From positions 1 to 29,644 of the forward strand of contig CAZUJI010000001.1 in NCBI GenBank assembly GCA_964620235.1: a stretch of 29,644 bases of DNA, given 5' to 3'. Origin of the DNA: an uncultured Eubacteriales bacterium (lineage in GTDB: Bacteria > Bacillota > Clostridia > Oscillospirales > Acutalibacteraceae). The notes under the pieces were generated by a model. It did no database searches and was not told the DNA's origin. It was given only the letters and a program-made list of their open reading frames with translations. Made by a program: the position numbers and the translations under genes. Positions 1-9,301 of the stretch are shown piece by piece (position 1 is the first letter of the stretch; every line of letters begins with the position of its first letter).

Positions 1-56
1 CATCGCTAAAGCTCTTTTGAACCACGCGACGGTTCGCTGCGTTTTCGTTATACAAC

Positions 57-86
57 AAAAACCCACCGCTCAAAGCAGTGGGTTTT
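57..86 (-). terminator. Intrinsic terminator of rny
   Basis: Minus strand reads AAAACCCACTGC-TTTGA-GCGGTGGGTTTT followed by more T, just after the rny stop. The single mismatch is a G-U pair only on the minus strand. Confidence 0.8.
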
Positions 87-90
87 GATT

Positions 91-1647
91 TTATTTTGCG
101 TAGTCGATTACGCGGTTCTCGCGGATTAAATTTACCTTGATTTGACCGGGATATTCCAAATCGCTCTCAATGCGTTTTACAATATCGTGGGCCACCAGCA
201 CCATTTGGTCTTCGCTGATTACCTCGGGCTTAATCATAATGCGAATCTCGCGGCCGGCCTGGATAGCAAAGGACTTTTCTACCCCTTGGAAGGAATTGGC
301 GATTTCTTCCAGCTTCTCTAACCGCTTGATGTAGCTTTCAATGTTCTCGCGCCGTGCACCGGGACGTGCGGCCGAGATGGCGTCTGCCGCCTGCACCAAA
401 AATGCAATAACGGTTTTGGCCTCTACGTCACCGTGGTGAGCGTGAATGGCGTGGATAACCGCCTCATTCTCTTTATACTTTTTGGCAACGTCAACACCCA
501 ATTTAATGTGGGAGCCCTCTTGCTCGTGGTCTAAGGCCTTACCAATGTCGTGCAGCAAGCCTGCGCGGCGGGCTAAGGTAACGTCCTCGCCCAGCTCGGC
601 GGCCATTAAGCCTGCCAGGTAGCAAACCTCTAAAGAGTGCTTTAACACGTTTTGGCCATAGCTGGTGCGGTAGCGTAACCGACCCAGCAGGCGAACCAGC
701 TCGGGGTGAATGTTGGGCACGCCGGCGTCTAAGGCGGCGCGCTCGCCCTCTTGCTTAATGGTGCGCTCCACCTCGGCGGTGGCGCGTTCTACCGTTTCTT
801 CAATGCGGGCGGGGTGAATACGGCCGTCGACAATTAACTTCTCCAGCGACAGGCGGGCAATTTCGCGGCGCACAGGGTCAAAGCTGGACAGGGTAATGGC
901 CTCGGGGGTGTCGTCAATAATCAAATCTACACCGGTGGCCGTGTCTAATGCGCGGATGTTGCGACCCTCGCGGCCGATGATGCGGCCCTTCATTTCGTCG
1001 GTGGGCAACGGCACTACGGATACCGTAGCCTCAGACGAATGGTCGGCAGCGCAGCGCTGAATGGCCTGCGAGATCATATTGCGGGCGCGCTGGTCAACCT
1101 CGTCTTTATACTGCTGCTCAAAGTCAAGCACACGGGCGGCCTTTTCGTGGGCCAGCTCACCGTCTAACTGCTGCAGCAGCTGTGCTTTGGCTTGCTCGGC
1201 GGTAAAGCCGGAAATTTTCTCTAACACCTCGAATTGGCTGCGCTTTAACTGCTCAACCTCTTCTAACTTTTGCTCAACCTCTTTTTGACGGGCTTGGATT
1301 TTTTCTTCCTTTACCTCTAAGTTGTCTAACTTTTTGTCTAAGGTTTCTTCTTTTTGTTGTAACCTGCGTTCTTGCCGCTGAATTTCGCTGCGGCGCTCGC
1401 GGTTCTCCTTGTCGGCCTCGGTACGCATCCGATGGATCTCGTCCATAGCCTCTAATACCATTTCCTTCTTCTTGGCTTCGGCTGTTTTCATCGCATCGCT
1501 TAAAATACGCTTTGCTTCGGTCTCGGCAGAGCCGATTTGGGCCTCGGCCACTTTTTTACGGTGGGCCGAGCCGGCTATAAAACAAATGATGCCGATTACC
1601 AAGGCCACTACCGCAAAGATAACGTACAATACAATTCCTTCGGGCAT
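91..1647 (-). CDS. rny: Ribonuclease Y
   Basis: N-terminal TM helix, coiled coil, KH domain ([14 protein letters not shown]), HD domain ([21 protein letters not shown]); SD AAGGAGG. Confidence 0.97.
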   Translation of the reverse strand: MPEGIVLYVIFAVVALVIGIICFIAGSAHRKKVAEAQIGSAETEAKRILSDAMKTAEAKKKEMVLEAMDEIHRMRTEADKENRERRSEIQRQERRLQQKEETLDKKLDNLEVKEEKIQARQKEVEQKLEEVEQLKRSQFEVLEKISGFTAEQAKAQLLQQLDGELAHEKAARVLDFEQQYKDEVDQRARNMISQAIQRCAADHSSEATVSVVPLPTDEMKGRIIGREGRNIRALDTATGVDLIIDDTPEAITLSSFDPVRREIARLSLEKLIVDGRIHPARIEETVERATAEVERTIKQEGERAALDAGVPNIHPELVRLLGRLRYRTSYGQNVLKHSLEVCYLAGLMAAELGEDVTLARRAGLLHDIGKALDHEQEGSHIKLGVDVAKKYKENEAVIHAIHAHHGDVEAKTVIAFLVQAADAISAARPGARRENIESYIKRLEKLEEIANSFQGVEKSFAIQAGREIRIMIKPEVISEDQMVLVAHDIVKRIESDLEYPGQIKVNLIRENRVIDYAK

Positions 1648-1773
1648 ATAAAATGCACCTCCTTATATAATAAACCGCTGTTGTTATAAAAGGGCCGCGT
1701 GTCCGCCCCGACGCACATTCAGATACTGCCGGTGGCCCGCCAAAAGCCAACCAACACTATTCGCATCATATTT

Positions 1774-1802
1774 ATTTTAGTACCTGACTGCAATCCTGTC
1801 AA
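1774..1802 (-). promoter_or_regulatory. SigA-type promoter of rny
   Basis: Minus strand TTGACA (1802-1797), 17 bp, TAAAAT (1779-1774). Confidence 0.7.
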
Positions 1803-1837
1803 GTACAAAATGTATACTTTTGCACAAAAATTCCAAT

Positions 1838-1846
1838 TTATCCACA
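1838..1846 (+). promoter_or_regulatory. Perfect DnaA box between divergent promoters
   Basis: TTATCCACA; weaker box-like 9-mers near 1818-1826 and 1893-1901. Confidence 0.5.
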
Positions 1847-1917
1847 ATATAGTGTGTATCTCCCCAATTCTCTCCTTTTTTGCCCCTTGAGCTGTGAAAA
1901 ACTGCGAAAAATTTTGC

Positions 1918-1946
1918 TTGAAATTAGGTAGTCTACATATTATAAT
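1918..1946 (+). promoter_or_regulatory. SigA-type promoter of aminotransferase
   Basis: TTGAAA, 17 bp, TATAAT. Confidence 0.7.
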
Positions 1947-1978
1947 ATATAAGTTAAAATATATTGGAGGCATATACT

Positions 1979-3253
1979 ATGGCAAAATACACCGATATGG
2001 ACCGCCCCGCCCTGCAGGCCGCCTTTGATGCGGTAAAGGCTGAGTACGAGGCTATAAAAGCCCGCGGTTTATCGTTAGATATGTCCCGGGGTAAGCCCGG
2101 GTCTGACCAAATGGACCTAAGCTGGCAGATGTTTGATTCTATCTCTCATATGTCGGGCTATAAAAACGAAACGGGCGTAGACTGCCGCAACTATGGCGGG
2201 TTAGACGGCTTGCCCGAGCTTAAAAACCTATTCTCTCAAATTTTAGAGGTAGCCCCCGAGCAAATCATCGTGGGCGGCAACTCCTCGTTAAATATGATGT
2301 ACGACACCGTAGCCCAGGCCATGACCCACGGCTTTGGCGGCGGCCAACCCTGGCTGCTGCAAAAGGGGGTTAAATTTATTTGCCCCGCCCCCGGGTACGA
2401 CCGTCATTTTATGATTTGCGAGCATTTCGGCATTGAGATGATTCCCGTAGAGCTTAAAGACGATGGCCCCGATATGGACGTGGTACGCCAGCTGATAAAG
2501 GACGAAAGCGTTAAGGGTATGTGGTGTGTGCCGAAATACGCCAACCCCAACGGCATCACCTACAGCGACGACGTGGTGCGCCAATTGGCCGCCTTAAAGC
2601 CTGCGGCAAAGGATTTTCGCATTTTTTGGGACAACGCCTACGTGATTCACCACTTAGAAGAGCCGGGCGACACACTGCTGAACATTTACGATGAGTGCAA
2701 AAAGCAGGGCAATGAGGATATGGTGCTTATTTTTACCTCTACCTCAAAAATCACCTTCCCCGGCGCCGGTGTAGCCGCCGAGGCTGCCAGCCCTGCCAAC
2801 GTGGCCGAGCTTAAAGGCCGTATGGGCTTTCAGACCATCGGGCCGGACAAGTTGAATCAACTGCGCCACGCCCGCTGCTTTAAAAATATCGACGACCTTA
2901 ATGCCCACATGCGCCACCACGCCGCGGTGCTACGCCCCAAGTTTGCCGTTGTGCTGCAGGGGTTAGAGTCTATTGCCGATACCGGCATTGCCCGCTGGAG
3001 CAAGCCCAAGGGCGGCTACTTTATCAGTCTGTTTACCCTGCCGGGCACTGCCAAACGCGCCGTAGAGCTTTGCCGCCAGGCCGGCTTGGTATTAACCGGC
3101 GCCGGCGCCACCTACCCCTACGGTAAGGACTTAGCCGACAGCAACATCCGCATTGCTCCCTCGTACCCCGCGGTGGAGGAATTACGGTCGGCTACCACCC
3201 TGTTGTGCGTTGCATTAAAATATGCCGCGCTGGAGCATCTTTTAGCGAAATAA
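1979..3253 (+). CDS. PLP-dependent aminotransferase, class I/II (Rv3722c-like aspartate aminotransferase family)
   Basis: LDMSRGKP, PGYDRHF, KYANPNG, WDNAY, STSKITFPG (PLP lysine), IRIAPS. ATG 1979 chosen from SD GGAGG. Confidence 0.88.
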   Translation: MAKYTDMDRPALQAAFDAVKAEYEAIKARGLSLDMSRGKPGSDQMDLSWQMFDSISHMSGYKNETGVDCRNYGGLDGLPELKNLFSQILEVAPEQIIVGGNSSLNMMYDTVAQAMTHGFGGGQPWLLQKGVKFICPAPGYDRHFMICEHFGIEMIPVELKDDGPDMDVVRQLIKDESVKGMWCVPKYANPNGITYSDDVVRQLAALKPAAKDFRIFWDNAYVIHHLEEPGDTLLNIYDECKKQGNEDMVLIFTSTSKITFPGAGVAAEAASPANVAELKGRMGFQTIGPDKLNQLRHARCFKNIDDLNAHMRHHAAVLRPKFAVVLQGLESIADTGIARWSKPKGGYFISLFTLPGTAKRAVELCRQAGLVLTGAGATYPYGKDLADSNIRIAPSYPAVEELRSATTLLCVALKYAALEHLLAK

Positions 3254-3276
3254 ATTGCAAATTTTGCATAAATTTA

Positions 3277-3305
3277 TTGACTTAACGGCCAAAAACTTAT
3301 ATAAT
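3277..3305 (+). promoter_or_regulatory. SigA-type promoter of secDF
   Basis: TTGACT, 17 bp, TATAAT. Confidence 0.7.
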
Positions 3306-3382
3306 CTTACTTATAGGCTCGTCCTGTTACAATAAGTGTTCCGGTAAGTTTTTGCCGGGTCGAATTCTGGAGGTTTCTACGA

Positions 3383-4768
3383 ATGAAAAAACGCATCGGC
3401 AAGCCGATATTTTTCATAGTACTTGTAATTATCCTTACATTTACTTATGCATCATTTTTCGGCATTTCCAACTACTTTGGTGATACCCGCACCATCTACG
3501 CCAAGGGCGCTACCGATATCCGCTGGGGTATTGATATCCAGGGCGGTGTAGAGGCAATCTTTACCCCCGACATCACCACCGAGTCTATTACCCGTGAGGA
3601 TATGGACGCCGCAAAAGAGATTATTGACACCCGTTTGTTGGACCAAAACATTACCGACAGCGAGGTTTACACCGATTACGACAATAAATATATTATCGTA
3701 CGCTTCCCCTGGCAATCGGGCGAGTCCAGCTTTGACCCCGCCGAGGCCGTAAGCGAGCTGGGCGAAACCGCTCTGCTGGAGTTCTACGAGGGCTCCACCA
3801 AGGGCGAGAACGCTACGCCGATTCTTTCGGGCAAGACCGACATTGACGGCGCTGCCGCCGGCGTAAACCCCGAAACCGGCGAGTACATCGTTAACTTAAA
3901 GCTTACCGCTGCAGGTACCTCTAAGTTTGCAACCTCTACCGCTGCCAACGTGGGCAAGTACATATCCATTTGGATGGACGACACTATGATTTCCTGCCCC
4001 ACGGTGAACGAGGCCATTACCACCGGTGAGGCTTACATTACCGGTATGACCAGCGCCGAAGAGGCCACCGACCTTGCCAACAAAATCAACGCCGGTGCGC
4101 TGCCCTTTGCTTTAAACGTTGACGATTCCAAGCTGCAAATCATCAGCCCCACCTTAGGCTCTGAGGCTTTAACCGTTATGTTAATTGCCGGTATTGTAGC
4201 CTTTGCTCTGGTTTGCGTAATTATGATTTTACGCTACCGCTTACCCGGTGTGATTGCCAGCATTGCTCTGCTGGGTCAGGTTGCCGGTATGATCGCCTGC
4301 GTTTCGGGCTTCTTCAGCGCTATTCCCAGCTTTACCTTAACCATCCCCGGTATTGCCGGTATTATTCTTTCGATTGGTATGGGTGTTGACGCCAACGTTA
4401 TTACCGCCGAGCGTATCCGCGAGGAGTTCCAAAAGGGCAAAACCATCGACGGCGCTATTGACGCCGGCTTTGAAAGCGGCTGGAGCGCCATTTTAGACGG
4501 TAACGTAACGGTTGTTATCGTATCGCTGATTTTGATGGGCGCCTTTGGTACCCCCGACAGCTTAATGTACAAAATCTTATCCCCCGTTATGAGCTTGTTC
4601 AGCTCCTCTGTAACCGGTTCTATCTACTCCTTTGGCTTTACGCTGTTAACCGGTGTTATCTTCAACTTTATTATGGGTGTAACCGCCACCAAGCTGATGC
4701 TTAAGAGCGTGTCGGGCTTTAAGGGCCTGCGTAAACCCTGGTTGTACGGAGGTGCCAAAAATGCTTAA
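3383..4768 (+). CDS. secD: Protein translocase subunit SecD
   Basis: GIDIQGG, LTIPGIAGIILSIGMGVDANV, ERIREE, AILDGNVT; six-TM layout. Confidence 0.93.
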   Translation: MKKRIGKPIFFIVLVIILTFTYASFFGISNYFGDTRTIYAKGATDIRWGIDIQGGVEAIFTPDITTESITREDMDAAKEIIDTRLLDQNITDSEVYTDYDNKYIIVRFPWQSGESSFDPAEAVSELGETALLEFYEGSTKGENATPILSGKTDIDGAAAGVNPETGEYIVNLKLTAAGTSKFATSTAANVGKYISIWMDDTMISCPTVNEAITTGEAYITGMTSAEEATDLANKINAGALPFALNVDDSKLQIISPTLGSEALTVMLIAGIVAFALVCVIMILRYRLPGVIASIALLGQVAGMIACVSGFFSAIPSFTLTIPGIAGIILSIGMGVDANVITAERIREEFQKGKTIDGAIDAGFESGWSAILDGNVTVVIVSLILMGAFGTPDSLMYKILSPVMSLFSSSVTGSIYSFGFTLLTGVIFNFIMGVTATKLMLKSVSGFKGLRKPWLYGGAKNA

Positions 4769-5708
4769 GCAGACCAATTTTAACTTTGTAAAGAACTTTA
4801 AGATTTTTGCCTGGTTCTCGGTTGCCATTATTGTTTTGGGCATTTTAGTATCGGTGATTTTCGGTGTTAAGTTAGACATTAACTTTAAAGGCGGCTCCCG
4901 CTTTACCTACACCTACACCGGTGAGATCGCTTTAGACGAGGCCAAGGCCACCATTGAGGCGGCGCTGGGCCAAACCGTTACCGTAACCGAGAGCACCGAC
5001 ATTACCGGCGGCTCGGCCAAGCTGGTGGTTTCGTTAACGGCCGACGAATCGCTGTCCACCGAGCTGCAGCAAAAGGTTACCAAGTCGCTGCAGGAAAAGT
5101 ACCCCAACCAAGCCGTTGCGCTGGGTGACTCTAACTCGGTAAACCCCTCGATTGCCGGCAGCTTTTTTGCCAAGAGTATTTTTGCCACCGCCATTGCCGG
5201 TATTTTGGTAGTTGTGTACATTGGCCTGCGGTTCCGCAAAATCGGCGGTGTTTCGGCCGGTGTTACCGCTTTAATTGCCCTGCTGCACGACATTTTGATT
5301 ACCTTCGTATTTACCGTAATCTTCCGCTTAGAGATTGACTCTAACTTTATTGCCGTTGTGTTAACCATTTTTGGTTACTCGCTGAACGATACCATCGTTA
5401 TTTACGACCGTATCCGCGAAAATCAACGCTTGTACCCGGCGCTGTCTAAGGGTGAGTTGGTAAACCAGAGCGTAAACCAAACCTTAGGCCGTACCATTAC
5501 CACCTCGGTGGTTACCCTGGTTGCCGTTGTTACCGTTGCCGTGGTGGCCGAGCTGTTCGGCTTGACCTCGCTGCGCACCTTCGCCATTCCTATGGCGGTG
5601 GGTATTATCTCGGGTTCTTACTCGTCGGTACTGCTGGCTTCGCCGCTGTGGGTACACTGGCACGCCTACGCTGCCAAGCATTTTGCCAAGAAAAAGGGTA
5701 AAAAATAG
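4761..5708 (+). CDS. secF: Protein translocase subunit SecF
   Basis: DINFKGGS, ALLHDIL, GYSLNDTIVIYDRIREN, RTITTS. ATG 4761 overlaps the secD end and has SD GGAGGT. Confidence 0.93.
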   Translation: MLKQTNFNFVKNFKIFAWFSVAIIVLGILVSVIFGVKLDINFKGGSRFTYTYTGEIALDEAKATIEAALGQTVTVTESTDITGGSAKLVVSLTADESLSTELQQKVTKSLQEKYPNQAVALGDSNSVNPSIAGSFFAKSIFATAIAGILVVVYIGLRFRKIGGVSAGVTALIALLHDILITFVFTVIFRLEIDSNFIAVVLTIFGYSLNDTIVIYDRIRENQRLYPALSKGELVNQSVNQTLGRTITTSVVTLVAVVTVAVVAELFGLTSLRTFAIPMAVGIISGSYSSVLLASPLWVHWHAYAAKHFAKKKGKK

Positions 5709-5728
5709 TTGAATAAACTGTAACCCCG

Positions 5729-5761
5729 TTTGCCCACTGTGATATATTCATAGTGGGCAAA
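5729..5761 (+). terminator. Hairpin after secF, probable terminator
   Basis: TTTGCCCACTGTGA-TATAT-TCATAGTGGGCAAA; U-tract is weak. Confidence 0.6.
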
Positions 5762-5940
5762 TTCTGTATTAGAAGCAAACACAAATCATCCAAACCTGCC
5801 TAAAACGGCATAATTTTGGCGCTTTTATGTTTGCTTAGGGTATTGTTTATATTTTGGTTACAAATACACCAACTTTGTTTGGTAAACTGAATTTGGTGTA
5901 AACTTTTTTATTTTAAAACCACTTGAACGGAGGACCATTT

Positions 5941-7002
5941 ATGATTGAAGTCAGCGGGCTTTCTAAAAAATACGGGAAGCACATTGCCGTGCGCAACGTA
6001 GACTTTACCATTCGCGATGGCGAGATTATTGGATTTTTAGGCCCCAACGGCGCGGGCAAATCCACCATTATGAATATTCTTACGGGATATTTGTCCCCCA
6101 CCACCGGTTCTGCTAAAATTGACGGTTACGATATTTTAGAGAATCCCAAAGAGGCCAAAAAGCGCATTGGCTACCTGCCGGAGATTCCCCCCTTGTATTT
6201 AGATATGACGGTGCGGGAATATTTACACTTTGTATACGGCTTAAAAAAGGTAGACCTGCCGGAGGCCCCCCACTTAGACGAAATTTGCCGTCTGGTAAAA
6301 ATCGACGACGTGCAGCACCGTCTGATTAAAAACCTGTCTAAGGGCTACCGTCAGCGCGTGGGCATTGCCCAGGCCCTGGTTGGCAACCCCGACGTTTTGA
6401 TTTTAGACGAGCCCACCGTTGGCTTAGACCCCAAGCAGATTATTGAAATCCGCTCGTTAATTACCCAGCTGGGCAAGCACCACACCGTTATTTTAAGCAG
6501 CCATATATTAACCGAAATTCAAGCGGTTTGTAAGCGAATCATTATCATCAACAAGGGTCGCCTGATTGCCGACGACACCACCGAGAATTTGTCTAAGGCT
6601 ATGAGCGACGACCACTCGCTGCTGCTGCGGGTTGTGGGCCCCAAGACCGAGGTGCAAAAGGCCTTGGCATCGGTACGGGGCGTGGCAGAGGTAGAGTGCC
6701 TTGGCCAACGCGAAACCGGCTCGGCCGACTACCGCGTATTGCCAAACGAGGGTGAGGACGTTCGCGCTGCCATTTTTGCCCGCCTAAGCGAGCGCAAGTA
6801 CGGCGTTTTGATGATGAAATCCAACGAGCTGACCTTAGAGCAAATCTTCTTACAATTAACCGAGCAGGATATGGACTTTGCCTTAAAGGCCAACAAGTCG
6901 GCAGCCACCGCCGAGGAGCGCCAAGCCGCCGAAGCCTTGGCCGACGAGGCTATGGGCCCCGCCCCTGCCGAAGCTACAAAAGATGAGGAGGCCGATGCAT
7001 AA
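5941..7002 (+). CDS. ABC-2 type transporter ATP-binding protein (GldA-like)
   Basis: Walker A GPNGAGKS, signature LSKGYRQRVG, Walker B ILDEPT, H-loop SSH. ATG 5941 follows SD GGAGG. Confidence 0.92.
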   Translation: MIEVSGLSKKYGKHIAVRNVDFTIRDGEIIGFLGPNGAGKSTIMNILTGYLSPTTGSAKIDGYDILENPKEAKKRIGYLPEIPPLYLDMTVREYLHFVYGLKKVDLPEAPHLDEICRLVKIDDVQHRLIKNLSKGYRQRVGIAQALVGNPDVLILDEPTVGLDPKQIIEIRSLITQLGKHHTVILSSHILTEIQAVCKRIIIINKGRLIADDTTENLSKAMSDDHSLLLRVVGPKTEVQKALASVRGVAEVECLGQRETGSADYRVLPNEGEDVRAAIFARLSERKYGVLMMKSNELTLEQIFLQLTEQDMDFALKANKSAATAEERQAAEALADEAMGPAPAEATKDEEADA

Positions 7003-7703
7003 TGGGTGCTATTTTTAAACGGGAATTTAAAAACTACTTTACCTCCCCCATTGGGTACGTAATTTTGGCCGTATTCTTCTTATTCTCGGGTTTATTCTTC
7101 TCGTACGTTTATATGTACGGTATAGCCGACATTACCTTTGTATTTGCTCAGATGTTTAACATCGTGCTGTTTGTGGTGCCCATTATTACCATGCGCACCA
7201 TGAGTGAAGACCGTCGCCAAAAGGTAGACCAAGCCCTGCTTACCGCACCGGTAAGCCTGACGGGCATTGTAATGGGCAAGTTTTTTGCCGCGTTAAGCGT
7301 TTTTGCTTTGGGCTTTGCCCCCACGCTGGTATTTCAGCTGATTTTCTCGATGTATTTAACCCCCGACTGGCTGATCTATTTTGGCAACGTGGTTGGTATT
7401 TTGCTGTTTGGCAGCGCTATGATTGCCGCCGGCATTTTTATCTCGTCGCTAACCGAGAGCCAAATGGTTGCCGCCATTGGCAGCTTTGCGCTTTCGCTGT
7501 TTATTATGATGATGGACACCTTTGCTTCGCTGGTTAATTTAGACTTTGTAAAAAAAGTTACCGAGTGGTTATCCATCAGCGGCCGCTACAATACCTTTGT
7601 TGCGGGCGTGTTCGATTACGCAAACGTGCTGTTTTTTGTTGGGTTTGCCGCCATTTTCCTATTCTTAACGGTGCGCATTCTTGATAAAAAGCGTTGGGCA
7701 TAA
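7002..7703 (+). CDS. ABC-2 type permease (GldF-like)
   Basis: AIFKREFKNYFTSPIGY, PIITMRTMSEDRR, LLTAPV, GKFFAA; about 6 TM segments; start overlaps upstream stop. Confidence 0.88.
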   Translation: MGAIFKREFKNYFTSPIGYVILAVFFLFSGLFFSYVYMYGIADITFVFAQMFNIVLFVVPIITMRTMSEDRRQKVDQALLTAPVSLTGIVMGKFFAALSVFALGFAPTLVFQLIFSMYLTPDWLIYFGNVVGILLFGSAMIAAGIFISSLTESQMVAAIGSFALSLFIMMMDTFASLVNLDFVKKVTEWLSISGRYNTFVAGVFDYANVLFFVGFAAIFLFLTVRILDKKRWA

Positions 7704-7720
7704 AGGAGGTGCGGTAGATT

Positions 7721-9301
7721 ATGAAACTGTTTAAAAAATCCGGCGACAAGGCCGAAACCCTGCGCAGCAGCTTTGCTTTAAAGCGGGGTGCCTACACCAC
7801 CGCCATTACCGCGCTGTTTATCGTGGCCGTTATTTTGGTAAACGTTTTAACCACGTCCCTTTCGGCCCGCTTCCCCTTGACCATTGACTTTTCGGGGGAT
7901 AAAATCAACTCTATCAGCACCCAAAACGCCGAGTATTTAAAGGGTATAGCCAAGCCGGTTACCATTTACGTTTGCGCCACCCGCGAGGAGTACGAGCAGG
8001 GGTATTTGTCCCAATACGCTGAGTATTACTACTCGGTGCAAGACAGCACCGGCAAGTACTACGAGCAAACCCTGACCCTGTTAGACGAGTATCCCAAGCA
8101 CAACAAAAACATTACCGTTGAGTTTGTGGATATGTCCTCGTCGGAAAATGGGGATATTCAGGCCCTATTTACCGAGCAGGGCGTAAGCTACGGCGATTTG
8201 CTGGTTGCCTCCTCCTTTGTGGTGAACGGCAATCCGGTAAACCGGTATAAAAGAGTATCCTTCTCGGATATTTACAATTTAACCGACGAAAGCGGCTACG
8301 CCTCTATGGGCTTGGGCTCCTACGGCATTGGCGGCTCGAATTTAGAAACCGCCTTAACCAACGCCATTTACTTTGCCACCAGCGAGCGCATTGTAAAAAT
8401 GGGTATTCCCACCAGCCATTGCAACGTAGACGACGTTGCTTATTTGTCGGACGCTTTGTTGGCCGGCAACTACGAGCTGATTGACCTGGGCACCTCTATG
8501 ATTACCGGTCTGCCCGAGGATTTAGACGGTATGATTATTGCCGCCCCCACCAAGGACTTCAGCAACGAAGAATTAGACGTAATTTCCAAATTTTTAGACA
8601 ACGGCGGCAAGCGGGGCAAAATGCTGCTGTATTTTGCCAGCCACGCCTCTCCCGACCTGCCCAACTTAGAGGCCTTTTTGGGTGAGTGGGGTATTCAGTA
8701 CAGCGACGGCGTATTGTACGAAACCAACGCCAACTACGCTATGCCCGACGACGCCACCTTTATTGCCTTAGCCAACGAGGGCTCTGACTACACCAAGGGT
8801 ATAAACGGCTCGAGCAACGTAGGCTATTTGGCCCAGGGCAACCTGCCCATGGCCCAAGGCTTTGAAGAGTACGGCAGCCGCACCACCGGCGTTTTGGTTT
8901 CTACCAGCAACACCGTTGTGGTTCGCCCCTCTAACGCAGGCGACAGCTGGAAGCCCGATGCTTCTACCGCCAAAAGCTACCCCGCCGCCATTATTTGCGC
9001 CGACAAGAACGAAACCGTTACCTCTTACGTGGCGGCCTTTGCCAGCGTAACCTTTGTAAACAACCAATACGCCAACCAATCTACCATTGGTAACTTAGAT
9101 TTAACCGTTACCTTATTAAACACCTGCTTTGATGCAGGCGATAGCGTTTCCTTTGTATCCAAGACCATTTCTACCGACTCCTTTGCCGAATCGGTAACCC
9201 AAGCCGCTGTAAACACCGTATTTGTGGTATTCGTTGCGGCCCTGCCCTTAGTTTTAATTGCCGCCGGCATCCTGGTTTGGATCAGAAGGAGGTCCAGATG
9301 A
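7721..9301 (+). CDS. GldG-family ABC transporter auxiliary component
   Basis: N- and C-terminal TM anchors; IDFSGDKINSIS, ETALTNAI, IIAAPTKDFS...FLDNGG, PNLEAFLGEWGI; ends VWIRRRSR. Confidence 0.8.
   Translation: MKLFKKSGDKAETLRSSFALKRGAYTTAITALFIVAVILVNVLTTSLSARFPLTIDFSGDKINSISTQNAEYLKGIAKPVTIYVCATREEYEQGYLSQYAEYYYSVQDSTGKYYEQTLTLLDEYPKHNKNITVEFVDMSSSENGDIQALFTEQGVSYGDLLVASSFVVNGNPVNRYKRVSFSDIYNLTDESGYASMGLGSYGIGGSNLETALTNAIYFATSERIVKMGIPTSHCNVDDVAYLSDALLAGNYELIDLGTSMITGLPEDLDGMIIAAPTKDFSNEELDVISKFLDNGGKRGKMLLYFASHASPDLPNLEAFLGEWGIQYSDGVLYETNANYAMPDDATFIALANEGSDYTKGINGSSNVGYLAQGNLPMAQGFEEYGSRTTGVLVSTSNTVVVRPSNAGDSWKPDASTAKSYPAAIICADKNETVTSYVAAFASVTFVNNQYANQSTIGNLDLTVTLLNTCFDAGDSVSFVSKTISTDSFAESVTQAAVNTVFVVFVAALPLVLIAAGILVWIRRRSR

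Noticed and set aside
1..60. Third copy of the tRNA-like element (CATCGC...TTTGA...GTTCGCT...TACAA then hairpin, resembling 29559-29644)
   Set aside because: Truncated by the window edge, matches are short, and the TTCCC-N4-GGGT end is missing. Worth rechecking with upstream sequence.
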